Assembly: GCA_022823225.1 (NCBI GenBank)
Contig: JAJDXM010000083.1
Span: 16,064 to 48,063 of the forward strand
Length of the DNA: 32,000 nucleotides
Direction of reading: 5' to 3'
Origin: Gemmatimonadota bacterium
GTDB taxonomy: Bacteria; Gemmatimonadota; Gemmatimonadetes; Longimicrobiales; Gaopeijiaceae
Positions 1 to 8,414 of the stretch are shown here, one piece after another (position 1 is the first letter of the stretch; the number at the start of each line of letters is the position of its first letter). A program made the position numbers and the translations under genes. A model generated the notes under the pieces. The model did not search any database. It was not told the origin of the DNA and saw only the letters and a list, made by a program, of their open reading frames with translations.

Positions 1-1
1 T

Positions 2-532
2 CATGAGTGCGAAGCGAAGGACGGCTGGCACGTCTCGATCGAAATCGTTGTCGAGGTGCTTGCGCCGGGAGACCACCGGCCGGCGGCGGAGGGCGAAGCG
101 GGGCAGGTGGTGGTGACGAGCCCGAACGAGGTCTATCCGCTGGTGCGGCTGGGGACCGGGGATCTGTCCGCCTGGAACCGGGAGCCATGCGCGTGCGGTC
201 GAACCAGCCCGCGGCTCGCCGGGTTTTGGGGCCGGGTCGGCGAGGGCGTGAAGGTGAAGGGCATGTTCGTGCATCCGCGTGAGCTGGCCGGGGCGCTGGC
301 GCGCAACCCCGCGGTCGCGCGGTACCAGGCGGTGGTGACGGAGGGGGCCGATGGGCACGATGTGCTCACCGTGAGGGTGGAGGCCGCGCACGGGGCGGCC
401 CTGGGCGAGGGGGAGGTCGCCGCGCTGGCCGCGCGGATCCGCGCGGCGGTGAAGGTGCGGGCGGGGGTGGAGGTGGTGGAAGCCGGAACGATCGGCGACG
501 CGGCGGGTAGGGTGGTGGACAGGCGGGGCTGA
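2..532 (+). CDS. Phenylacetate-CoA ligase-like (PaaK / F390-synthetase family) adenylate-forming enzyme, C-terminal part; 5' end lies outside the window
   Basis: The frame is open from position 2 (HECEAKDGWHVSIEIVVEVLAPGD...), upstream of the GTG listed at 56. The pattern ...GEAGQVVVTS...PLVRLGTGD...C.CGR..PRL..GRVGE.VKVKG..V.P and the small C-terminal domain are typical of PaaK-like ligases. Stop TGA at 530-532. Confidence 0.6.
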   Translation, partial: HECEAKDGWHVSIEIVVEVLAPGDHRPAAEGEAGQVVVTSPNEVYPLVRLGTGDLSAWNREPCACGRTSPRLAGFWGRVGEGVKVKGMFVHPRELAGALARNPAVARYQAVVTEGADGHDVLTVRVEAAHGAALGEGEVAALAARIRAAVKVRAGVEVVEAGTIGDAAGRVVDRRG

Positions 533-540
533 GGTGCCCA

Positions 541-556
541 GAATACTCTTGTATTC
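541..556. promoter_or_regulatory. AT-rich perfect inverted repeat GAATAC-tctt-GTATTC in the 40-bp gap before the first small-lipoprotein gene
   Basis: Read directly: gaatac (541-546), tctt, gtattc (551-556). It is an unusual AT-rich patch in a GC-rich genome, 17 bp upstream of the ATG at 573. It could be an operator or a small hairpin. No function is demonstrated. Confidence 0.3.
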
Positions 557-572
557 CCGACAGGGGGAGAAG

Positions 573-1130
573 ATGGAACAGCAGGAATCGCCGCGGAAGA
601 TTCGATCGGGGCTCAAGGGGATCGCACGCGCCGTCCCCGCTGTCGCGTTGTGTGCCTGCGCGACCGCCCCGGCGGGGGAACCGGAAAGTGGTCGGGAACC
701 GATCACCATTCACGTCGACAACAAGACCAGCCGGGTGGTCACCGTGGAACGCATCGTGGCCATGCAGGGCAGCAGGGGCAGCACCGCCTTCGGAGAAGCC
801 AGGAGACAGGGGCAGCGGCCCATCACGCAGCGCGTGGGTCTGGTAAACGGAGAATCGAGAAGGACGCTGACCGTTCCCTGGCACCCGTCCCGGCTGGCCC
901 ACGAGCTCCTGTGGCTCGAAGGCGTGGTGCGCGTCGCGACCGACTCCGAGACGCTCGGCCCGGGCCAGAATCGCATGACCTACCTGGTCGAGGAGTGCCG
1001 GGGCGCGAGGATGAACGCCTGCGTGGACACCCACGCACTCCACCTGCCGCCGGGCGCGGAAGTGGAACTGGTGATCGACACGCGCCACGAGGCAAGGATG
1101 TACTACGAAGTTCCGGCGAGAGGCCCCTGA
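573..1130 (+). CDS. Small exported lipoprotein-like protein, unknown family (paralog A of the 8415-8882 gene)
   Basis: ATG at 573 is preceded by gggggaga. The N-terminus MEQQESPRKIRSGL aligns with MESQGKIRTGL of paralog B, which supports this start over the GTG at 534. Signal peptide with lipobox-like L-C-A-C. Conserved blocks EPITIxVDN.T.RVVTVER.VA, RVGLV.GES..TLT.PWHPSR.AH.LLW and VEEC...C..T..LHLPPGAEV.LVIDTR.E..MYY.VP. Confidence 0.75.
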   Translation: MEQQESPRKIRSGLKGIARAVPAVALCACATAPAGEPESGREPITIHVDNKTSRVVTVERIVAMQGSRGSTAFGEARRQGQRPITQRVGLVNGESRRTLTVPWHPSRLAHELLWLEGVVRVATDSETLGPGQNRMTYLVEECRGARMNACVDTHALHLPPGAEVELVIDTRHEARMYYEVPARGP

Positions 1131-1152
1131 CTGGCAGCCTCATCCACGACTG

Positions 1153-3579
1153 CTACCGGGTCCGCAGCGCCGCGACCGGATCGATCCGCGTAGCCAGCAG
1201 GGCCGGAATCGCCACCGCCAGAGTCCCTACGCCGATCAGCAGCAGGGCGGCAATGGCGAAGCTCAACGGGTCGTAGGGACTGACCTCGAAGAGCGCCAGG
1301 CGGAGCGACCGCGAAATCACCAGTCCCAGGCCGGTACCCAGCACCACCCCGCATCCCATGGGTGCGAGACCCTGGCGCAGAATCAGCCGCAGGATTTCCG
1401 CGCGTCCCGCTCCCAGGATTATCCGCACGCCCAGTTCCGTCCGCTGCTGGCGCACCGAGAGGAAGACGACCACGCTCAGCCCCACCGATGCCAGGAGCAG
1501 CGCGGTCCCGCCCTGCGCCACGAAGAGGGTCCCGAAGATCCTGTAGAAGAGCGTCTCCAGAGCGAGCAGATCCGACATGGCCCGAGGGTCATGAATCGGT
1601 GTGTTGGCGTTGGCGGAGGTGACGGCCGCGCGCACAGCCGAGGTCGGAGCGAGAGGATCGGCGGGACCGGCAGCCACGACGTACACGGAGAGTGCCTCGC
1701 CCTGTGAGAGTGGTGTGTAGACACCCTCGGGCCCGGAGCCGGCAGCGACCACACCGCCCATGAACAGGTCGGGTACGACCCCCACAACGGTTCGCCAGGG
1801 TGCGGCGCTACCGGTGCTGGCCACGCGAATCCGTCTTCCGACCGCGTCGCCGGCGAGGTGCGTGGAGGCGAAGCTCCGGTTCACAAGAGCCACCGGCGTG
1901 GAACCGGCGGCATCGGACGCGCCGAAATCCCTTCCCTCCAGGATTCCGACCCGAAACGCGGAAAAATAGCCCGGGGAAACCTGCGCCCAATGGGCCATCG
2001 CGTCGCCCGTGGGGGCCATCGCGTCGCCCGCCTCGCCGATCGCGACGTCGACCCTGGGGGCCCCCAGCGCTGGAAGCGAAGAGCCCAGCGCGGCAAACTC
2101 CAGGGTGGGAACCGCCTCGATCCGCTCACGCACCGTGCCGAGAAAGTGCCGTGGGTCTTCGCCGGCGGGAAGGTCGGCCGGGGCGACCGTGAGGCGCGCG
2201 GTGAACACGCTCTCATGATCGAAGCCGTAGTCGAACCGTTTCAGCGTCGCCACGCTCCGTGTCATGACGCTCGCGGCGACCAGTAGTCCCATGGCCATGG
2301 CAAGCTGACCCGCCACCATCCAGCGGCCAAACCTCCCGATCCGCAGCCGCGCCCCGGACCCGTCCCTGCCGGCCGGACCGTAGCGGTGTCCTGCCGCCTT
2401 CAGCGCCGGTGGGATACCCGAGATCAGAACGGTGGCCCCCGTGATCGCGACGATGAAAAGGAAGACCAAGCGGTCGAACTCGAAGGCGACCCAGAACGGC
2501 AGATCGGCGTCGGCGGTGGCCGCTGCGAAGAGCCGGATGCCCGTCCAGGCGATTCCGGTACCGAGCGTCGCGCCGAGCACCGCGAGCAATGTCGCCTCCA
2601 ACAGCAGGCGGAAGCCGATCTGGCTGCGTCCGGCGCCCAATGCGCTTCTGGTCCCCGTTTCGCGCGCCCGGGCAGCCACCCGCAACACCAGCAGGTTGGC
2701 CGCGTTGGTGCACGCGATCAGTAGCACCAGCGACGCGACCGGGAGCATCGCCCGGAACAGCGGCGCTGCGCCGTAAACGATCGCCTCCCGGACGAAGGGC
2801 TCGACCACGGGCGCACCGTCCGGGCTCGTTTCCGGGTAGGTCGCCCGCAGCCGGGTCACAATGCCCGCGAGTTCAGCCGCCGCGTCGTCCGGCGCAGCGC
2901 CGGCACGAAGTCTTCCGAAAACGCGGAGCGGAGCCCCGGTGCCGCGTTCCGTCCCGGCGGCGTTTTCCGGGAGCGGCAGCCAGATGTCCTGCAGGCGCGG
3001 GAAACGGATCCCTTCCGGAATGACACCGAGAACCTCGGCGGGTTCCCCGTTCACCACCACGGTATGGCCCACCGCCTCGCCGGAGCCTCGGAACAGCTCC
3101 TCCCAGGCGCGATGCGACAACAGGACCGTCGGAGCCGCCTCCGGATCGCTGTCAGCTTCCCGGAACAACCGGCCGATCTCGGGCTCCAGGCGCAGCGCCG
3201 CCAAGGCGTTGGCGGTCAGCGAGGCACTGCTGTACCGAACCGGTCCCGCGGGCCCCCGGACGTTGACCGACCCCTCGCGATAGGCCGCGAGTTCCTCGAA
3301 GCTCTGCTGAGCGGCGCGCCAATCGAGATAGTCGTGAATGGTCGGCTCCGCGCCCGGGATGCCGGGGGACGGTGCGGCGAGCGCCACCCGCACGATCCGA
3401 TCGCCGTCTTCGACCGGGAGGTCCCTGTTCAGCACCGCATGCGCGATGCTGAACATGATGGCCGTGCATCCGATGCCCATCGCCAGCGCGGCGACCGTGG
3501 TCGTCGACAGGCCCGGATGCCTGGCGAGCATCCGGACGGCATCTCGCAACCCTCCCACGAACCCCAACTCCACCTCCAC
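1153..3579 (-). CDS. ADOP-family (duplicated orphan permease) MacB/FtsX-like ABC permease with no fused or adjacent cognate ATPase
   Basis: 808 aa. N-terminus ...LRDAVRMLARHPGLSTTTVAALAMGIGCTAIMFS is the standard ADOP/MacB TM1 signature. It has a large periplasmic domain, an FtsX-like 4-TM bundle, then a second periplasmic domain and a second FtsX bundle ending ...ATRIDPVAALRTR. The start may be GTG 3579 or GTG 3573. Confidence 0.85.
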   Translation of the reverse strand: MEVELGFVGGLRDAVRMLARHPGLSTTTVAALAMGIGCTAIMFSIAHAVLNRDLPVEDGDRIVRVALAAPSPGIPGAEPTIHDYLDWRAAQQSFEELAAYREGSVNVRGPAGPVRYSSASLTANALAALRLEPEIGRLFREADSDPEAAPTVLLSHRAWEELFRGSGEAVGHTVVVNGEPAEVLGVIPEGIRFPRLQDIWLPLPENAAGTERGTGAPLRVFGRLRAGAAPDDAAAELAGIVTRLRATYPETSPDGAPVVEPFVREAIVYGAAPLFRAMLPVASLVLLIACTNAANLLVLRVAARARETGTRSALGAGRSQIGFRLLLEATLLAVLGATLGTGIAWTGIRLFAAATADADLPFWVAFEFDRLVFLFIVAITGATVLISGIPPALKAAGHRYGPAGRDGSGARLRIGRFGRWMVAGQLAMAMGLLVAASVMTRSVATLKRFDYGFDHESVFTARLTVAPADLPAGEDPRHFLGTVRERIEAVPTLEFAALGSSLPALGAPRVDVAIGEAGDAMAPTGDAMAHWAQVSPGYFSAFRVGILEGRDFGASDAAGSTPVALVNRSFASTHLAGDAVGRRIRVASTGSAAPWRTVVGVVPDLFMGGVVAAGSGPEGVYTPLSQGEALSVYVVAAGPADPLAPTSAVRAAVTSANANTPIHDPRAMSDLLALETLFYRIFGTLFVAQGGTALLLASVGLSVVVFLSVRQQRTELGVRIILGAGRAEILRLILRQGLAPMGCGVVLGTGLGLVISRSLRLALFEVSPYDPLSFAIAALLLIGVGTLAVAIPALLATRIDPVAALRTR

Positions 3580-3619
3580 GCCTTCAAGTCAGCTTCCAGC
3601 TCCCTGGCTGGCAGTCCGG

Positions 3620-5539
3620 CTACCGCGGAATAATATAGTGCACCACGTTGCCGTTACGGTCCACGACCGCAAGAGGGGCTTGCAGGACTTCGACCGCTGT
3701 CCCGGGCAGGCCGGCAGGCGCCGGCAGTGTGAATTCGTCGGCGACGCCGAGATCGACATCCTCGTATCCCAGATCGATCATCGACGCGAGCGTCACGATA
3801 CTGAGCGGATTGGGCACCTCGCCGTTGATGAACGGCGTCATGAGTTCGGTCACGAAAACCAGTTCGTTCCAGTGGCCGTTCCACACTCCGGGGCCGCCGA
3901 CACCCTGAACGGGCACGAGCTTGCTCGACGTGTATCTTTCGCCGCCGATCCGGGCGAAAGCGGCGACCGCGGAATCGCCCGTGAAGTGCGGCTGGCCGGT
4001 GCGTCCAACGCGCGAGGAGTCCTGGATCAGACCGAGCCGCCCCCACAGCACCCCGAATCCCAGCACGTGGGCCATCTCGTGGACAATCGTGCCTTCGAGA
4101 TGGCCGATGCTGTCCAGCCCCTCCGCATCCGCGAGGTCGATCCGCAGCGTCCCGGCTGTCGGCAGGCTGGAATCCTGACGGATCAGACAGGGCCCCGCCT
4201 CGGCGAGGGTGCGGCCGCGGCCATCGATTTCTTCAACGCTTGCGTAGATCACAAGGTCGTTGATGATGCGGTCGCCGTCGGTTTCCAGCTTGATGTTGCC
4301 ACGGGACAGACAATCCTGCAGCAGGGGTTCCCGCACCGTGCTCCACGGGAGATTGCCGCCGATCGCCGCTTCCCACAGCTGCCTGGCGTTCTCGAAGGCC
4401 GCGCGGTGCGATTCCCGCAGTTCGTCCGGATTGGCGAAGACGATCTCGATGTCATAGACGGGGGGCGTGGCGTGGGCGGTGAAGGTTGCCGCGGCCAGAG
4501 TGTCGGTTCCCTCGAGCACTGCGGCGGTCAGCGTATAGTCGATATTCGGCTCGGTTCCGAGCACCCACTTGTCCACACCGGCGAAACCGAGCGTGTCGGT
4601 TACGGCCCGGGACGGGATCACGGCGCTCTCCCGACCCGCGACGAAAGAAACGGTGTCGCCGGCGACGATGTTTCCGTACGGATCCAATACCTGCACCCTG
4701 GGCTGCACCGGGACCGGAAATCTGACCTCGGACTCCTGGCCGTCTCCCTGGACCAGGACGACCTGCGCGGCGGGACCTGCGACTGCACGGGCCTCGAAAC
4801 GCACCGGGTTGCCCGTGATCCCGCTTCCCTCGACCGTGGCCTCCAGGTTGTAGGTGCCCGGGATGGTCCCCAGTGTCCACTGGCCCGAGCTCGCGCGGCC
4901 GGTGGCATCGGTGACCGAATCGGCGCCGGCGACCTGCGCGTCCCGTTCGGTTGCGAAAGCGACCCGAATGCCGGCCAGCGGCGATCCGTCCGCAGCAGTC
5001 ACGAGTATCTCCGGCGCCGCAGGGACCGGGTTGGCCACCCGTGCCATTTGGCCGGCCCCCGCGATGGCGACGACCTCGGCCGGAATCCCGATTGCGGTGG
5101 CGGTGAGGGTCAGCGGCTCCAGACCGGCCACCGTCGCGCGGAGCGCCTGCGGTCCGGCGGCTCCCAGCGTCCAGGCGCCCGGCGACGCGATCCCGTCGCT
5201 GCCGGTTCGCGCCACGCTGGCCTCGATCGTTCCGCCCCCGGCGGTGACCGCGAAATCGACCCGCACGTCGGCGAGCGCCGCTCCCGCGCGACCGGTCACC
5301 CGCACCTGGACGGGGTTGGCGACAGGCGTTCCCGTGGTGGCGCTCTGGCCGTCACCGGCCTCGATGGCCAGCGCGGTGGGAACGTCCGGCTCCGGTTCGG
5401 GTGGCTCGGGCGGTGTGACCGTGGCGTCGCCGCCGCAGGCCGAGGCCTGAAGGCAGGCGGTCACGATGAAAGCTGCCGCCGCCTCGCGGACGCCTGTGCC
5501 ACGGGCTGCTCTGCGGTGTTCGTCAGGTTGCGGCCTCAT
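3620..5539 (-). CDS. Lipoprotein with three Ig-like (Big_1/invasin-type) repeats fused to a leishmanolysin-like (peptidase M8) metalloprotease domain
   Basis: Signal with lipobox IVTAC. Three ~95-aa repeats (residues ~55-358, nt ~4466-5377), each starting (A/V)..(G)(D/A)GQ and ending ...L.A(T/A)V. Zinc motif VHEMAHVLGFG (HEMAH at nt 4081-4067), and a downstream GHWNE...TELMT segment matching the third-His/Met-turn region of M8 enzymes. Confidence 0.8.
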   Translation of the reverse strand: MRPQPDEHRRAARGTGVREAAAAFIVTACLQASACGGDATVTPPEPPEPEPDVPTALAIEAGDGQSATTGTPVANPVQVRVTGRAGAALADVRVDFAVTAGGGTIEASVARTGSDGIASPGAWTLGAAGPQALRATVAGLEPLTLTATAIGIPAEVVAIAGAGQMARVANPVPAAPEILVTAADGSPLAGIRVAFATERDAQVAGADSVTDATGRASSGQWTLGTIPGTYNLEATVEGSGITGNPVRFEARAVAGPAAQVVLVQGDGQESEVRFPVPVQPRVQVLDPYGNIVAGDTVSFVAGRESAVIPSRAVTDTLGFAGVDKWVLGTEPNIDYTLTAAVLEGTDTLAAATFTAHATPPVYDIEIVFANPDELRESHRAAFENARQLWEAAIGGNLPWSTVREPLLQDCLSRGNIKLETDGDRIINDLVIYASVEEIDGRGRTLAEAGPCLIRQDSSLPTAGTLRIDLADAEGLDSIGHLEGTIVHEMAHVLGFGVLWGRLGLIQDSSRVGRTGQPHFTGDSAVAAFARIGGERYTSSKLVPVQGVGGPGVWNGHWNELVFVTELMTPFINGEVPNPLSIVTLASMIDLGYEDVDLGVADEFTLPAPAGLPGTAVEVLQAPLAVVDRNGNVVHYIIPR

Positions 5540-5684
5540 GGTGGATCTCTAATCGCGCGCTTGCACGAGGGCAAGTTGTCGGACCGGGCGCCGCCGGACG
5601 CATCCCGGCCCGCGATTGGCGCGGCAGCCTCCCATCACATTAGCTTGGCGAACGCTCAGTACCCCAGAACCCGGGAAGGAAACC

Positions 5685-8213
5685 ATGCGCAACATCACCC
5701 CACTTCTTCTCCTTCTGCTTGCCGGCGTCCTCGCCCTGCCGGCGTCGGACCCGCTCGCCGCGGCGTCCGCCTCCCCGTTCCCCCTCCTGCAGGAGGAGGA
5801 GGAGCAGGACACCACCGAGGCCGAAGAAAAGGAGGAGGAAGAACCGGACACCACCACCAAGTACACCGACGTGATCACCGAGGACGCGATCACCACCGAG
5901 GGCCTCTTCAAGACCCACATGATCGAGGACGAGCTCTTCTACGAGATCCCGCTGGACATGCTGGACCGCGAGATGCTCCTGCTCACCCGCATCGCCCGCA
6001 CGCCGGACGGCGCGGGTTACGGTGGGTCGAAGGTCAACACCTCGACGGTCAGATGGCAGAAGAACGACGAGCGCATCTTCCTGAGACTGGTCAGCTACTC
6101 GAACATCGCGGACGACACGACCGCGATTGCGGGCGCGGTTCAGAATTCGAACTTCGAGCCGATCCTGCAGACGTTCGACATCGAGGTCATGTCCGAGGAC
6201 TCCATGGCGGTCGTCGTGGAGGTCACCGACATGTTCACCAGCGATTTCGCGCTCCTTGGGATCAGCAGGTTCCAGCGCAGCAACTACGGGGTGCGCCGCC
6301 TGGACGGCGACCGCACCTACATCGTGCGCGCCAACGCCTATCCGCGGAATGTGGAGGTGCGCCGCGTCGTGACCTACGACGCCACCCAGGCGCCCTCCAA
6401 CGCGGCCGGCAACACGATGTCGATGGAGATGCACCACTCGATGCTGCTCCTGCCGGACGATCCCATGGAGCCACGCCTCTGCGATGAGCGCGTGGGGTTC
6501 TTCAGCACAACCAAAACCGACTTCAGCCTGGACACGCAGCGCGCCGAGACGCGGTGCTTCATCACCCGCTGGCGCCTCGAACCGAGTGATCCGGAGGCGT
6601 ACGCGCGCGGCGAGCTCGTCGATCCGGTCGAGCCGATCGTCTACTACATCGATCCGGCGACCCCGCCCAAGTGGGTCCCCTATCTCATCCAGGGGGTGAA
6701 CGACTGGCAGGTCGCCTTCGAGGCGGCCGGCTTCAGCAACGCGATCGTGGGCCGGGAGGCGCCGAAGGACGATCCGGACTGGAGCCCGGAGGACGCGCGC
6801 TATTCGGTGATCCGCTACCTGGCGTCCGACGTACAGAACGCTTCGGGGCCGCACGTGCACGACCCGCGCACCGGCCAGATCCTCGAGAGCGACATCCAGT
6901 GGTACCACAACGTGATGAACCTGCTGCGCAACTGGTTCTTCGTGCAGACCGCCGCCGTCAACGAGGAAGCGCGCGGGGTCGAGTTCGACGACGAGGTGAT
7001 GGGCGAGCTCATTCGCTTCGTCTCGGCACACGAGGTGGGTCACACGATCGGGCTGCAGCACAACTTCCAGGCGCACTCGGCCTATCCGGTGGAGCGTCTC
7101 CGCACCCGCTTCGTCTGCGAGAACGGAGTGTCGTCCTCGATCATGGACTACGCGCGCTTCAACTACGTGGCGCAGCCGGGCGACGACACCTGCGTGTACC
7201 CGGTCGTGGGTCCGTACGACAAGTTCGCCATCGAGTGGGGCTACCGGCACTTGCCGGGCACCGACCGCGACTCCGAGATGGAGCCGCTGCGCGCGATGGT
7301 GGTCGACAAGCAGAGAGACGCGATGTACCGCTTCTCCAGCCCCACCGGCGCCGATCCGACCGTGCAGACCGAGGCCATCGGCGACGACGCGATGCGCGCC
7401 TCCGACTACGGCATCGAGAACCTGAAGCGCATCACCGACCGGCTGCTCGACTGGACCCGCGAGGACGGCGAGGACTACTCGAACCTCGAGGAGCTCTACA
7501 ACAATGTCGTGTCGCAGTGGTCGCGCTACACCGGACACGTCGTGACCAACATCGGGGGCGTGGCGCAGATCCGGAAGCGGCAGGGCCAGAGCGGCGTTCC
7601 GTTCGAGATGGTTCCCAAGGGGGACCAGGAGCGGGCGATGGACTACCTCGACCGCCAGGTCTTCTCGACGCCCACCTGGATGCTGGAAAGCGATATCCTG
7701 CACCGCTTCCAGGGCACGGGCACCGTGGACCAGGTTGCGTCCCGCCAGTCGAGCGCGCTCAACCAGGTGCTGAACGTCACCCGGATGAAGCGTCTCGTGG
7801 AACAGGAGGCGTTCCACGGCAATCGGGCCTACACGCTCGGCGAAATGCTCGACGACCTGCGTGAGGCCGTCTGGCGCGAGGCCATGAACGGCCGCGCCAC
7901 CGACGCCTACCGGCGCAACCTGCAGCGTGCCTACCTGGAGCGCATGAAGGACCTGATGATGGACGATGCCGCTCAGGCGTCGGACGTGGCGCCGTTCGCC
8001 CGCGGACAGCTGGTGACGCTGATGGAAGAGCTGAAATCCGCATCCATGAACAACCGGCACGAAGCGACCAGGCTGCACTTCGTCGATGCGGTGATCCGCA
8101 TCGAGACGATGCTGGACCCGGCCAACAACGTGGCGCCGGCCGGTGGCGGCGGGCCCCCGACCATAGTCTTCCCCTTCCCGGGCTCGAAGGTGCCGCCGGA
8201 TTCCGGCCGATGA
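5685..8213 (+). CDS. Secreted zinc-dependent metalloprotease of the DUF5117/DUF4953 (met-zincin) family
   Basis: ATG 5685 is preceded by ggaagga. Signal peptide MRNITPLLLLLLAGVLALPA. Acidic low-complexity linker QEEEEQDTTEAEEKEEEEPDTTT (nt 5790-5859). Catalytic motif HEVGHTIGLQHNF (HEVGH at nt 7029-7043), characteristic of this family. 842 aa. Confidence 0.85.
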   Translation: MRNITPLLLLLLAGVLALPASDPLAAASASPFPLLQEEEEQDTTEAEEKEEEEPDTTTKYTDVITEDAITTEGLFKTHMIEDELFYEIPLDMLDREMLLLTRIARTPDGAGYGGSKVNTSTVRWQKNDERIFLRLVSYSNIADDTTAIAGAVQNSNFEPILQTFDIEVMSEDSMAVVVEVTDMFTSDFALLGISRFQRSNYGVRRLDGDRTYIVRANAYPRNVEVRRVVTYDATQAPSNAAGNTMSMEMHHSMLLLPDDPMEPRLCDERVGFFSTTKTDFSLDTQRAETRCFITRWRLEPSDPEAYARGELVDPVEPIVYYIDPATPPKWVPYLIQGVNDWQVAFEAAGFSNAIVGREAPKDDPDWSPEDARYSVIRYLASDVQNASGPHVHDPRTGQILESDIQWYHNVMNLLRNWFFVQTAAVNEEARGVEFDDEVMGELIRFVSAHEVGHTIGLQHNFQAHSAYPVERLRTRFVCENGVSSSIMDYARFNYVAQPGDDTCVYPVVGPYDKFAIEWGYRHLPGTDRDSEMEPLRAMVVDKQRDAMYRFSSPTGADPTVQTEAIGDDAMRASDYGIENLKRITDRLLDWTREDGEDYSNLEELYNNVVSQWSRYTGHVVTNIGGVAQIRKRQGQSGVPFEMVPKGDQERAMDYLDRQVFSTPTWMLESDILHRFQGTGTVDQVASRQSSALNQVLNVTRMKRLVEQEAFHGNRAYTLGEMLDDLREAVWREAMNGRATDAYRRNLQRAYLERMKDLMMDDAAQASDVAPFARGQLVTLMEELKSASMNNRHEATRLHFVDAVIRIETMLDPANNVAPAGGGGPPTIVFPFPGSKVPPDSGR

Positions 8214-8264
8214 ATCGCGACGGGTAGGGCGGTCCGGTCACCAGGGGCCGGGCTGGCTCCGGCA

Positions 8265-8307
8265 GCGGCCCCGCGGCGGAAGGATTCGCCGCGGGGCCGC
8301 CGTTTTG
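8265..8307 (+). terminator. Rho-independent terminator downstream of the zinc metalloprotease gene
   Basis: A perfect 14-bp GC stem, gcggccccgcggcg (8265-8278) pairing with cgccgcggggccgc (8287-8300). The loop is gaaggatt, which could extend by 2 more pairs. It is followed by cgTTTTg (T-run 8303-8306). Confidence 0.7.
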
Positions 8308-8414
8308 CTTGACGGTTGCTGGCGCTGGGCCGCATTGTGCATGGAGAGGAGCCCACGCCAATCTGAAACCGACGCCGTACCCATACACTTCCAGACGCGG
8401 AAGGAAGGCTGAAG

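Noticed and set aside
366-1276. ORFs 366-1088 (minus, 240 aa), 650-1276 (plus, 208 aa) and other overlapping frames around the first small-lipoprotein gene; also the GTG at 534 as its start.
   Set aside because: The 573-1130 frame is validated by its paralog at 8415-8882. The other frames are P/R/G-rich. The 13 extra codons from GTG 534 have no counterpart in the paralog and start 1 nt after the upstream stop.
5560-5575. The inverted repeat CTTGC-acgagg-GCAAG in the divergent protease promoter region, which also contains the TTGCAC hexamer seen in the vapB operator.
   Set aside because: Only 5-bp arms. A chance occurrence is plausible, and sharing a hexamer with a distant operator is not evidence of common regulation.
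3338-6487. A 1049-aa ORF on the plus strand spanning the M8 protease gene and the start of the met-zincin gene.
   Set aside because: It is antisense or out of frame relative to genes with clear catalytic motifs (HEMAH on the minus strand, HEVGH in another plus frame). Its composition is dominated by R/G/A/P/D/H with no recognisable motif. This is the classic stop-codon-poor shadow ORF of high-GC DNA.
5640-8078. An 812-aa ORF on the minus strand opposite the zinc metalloprotease gene.
   Set aside because: It is a shadow ORF with a V/R/G/H/D-rich, motif-free translation. The plus-strand frame carries a signal peptide and the HEVGHTIGLQHNF motif.
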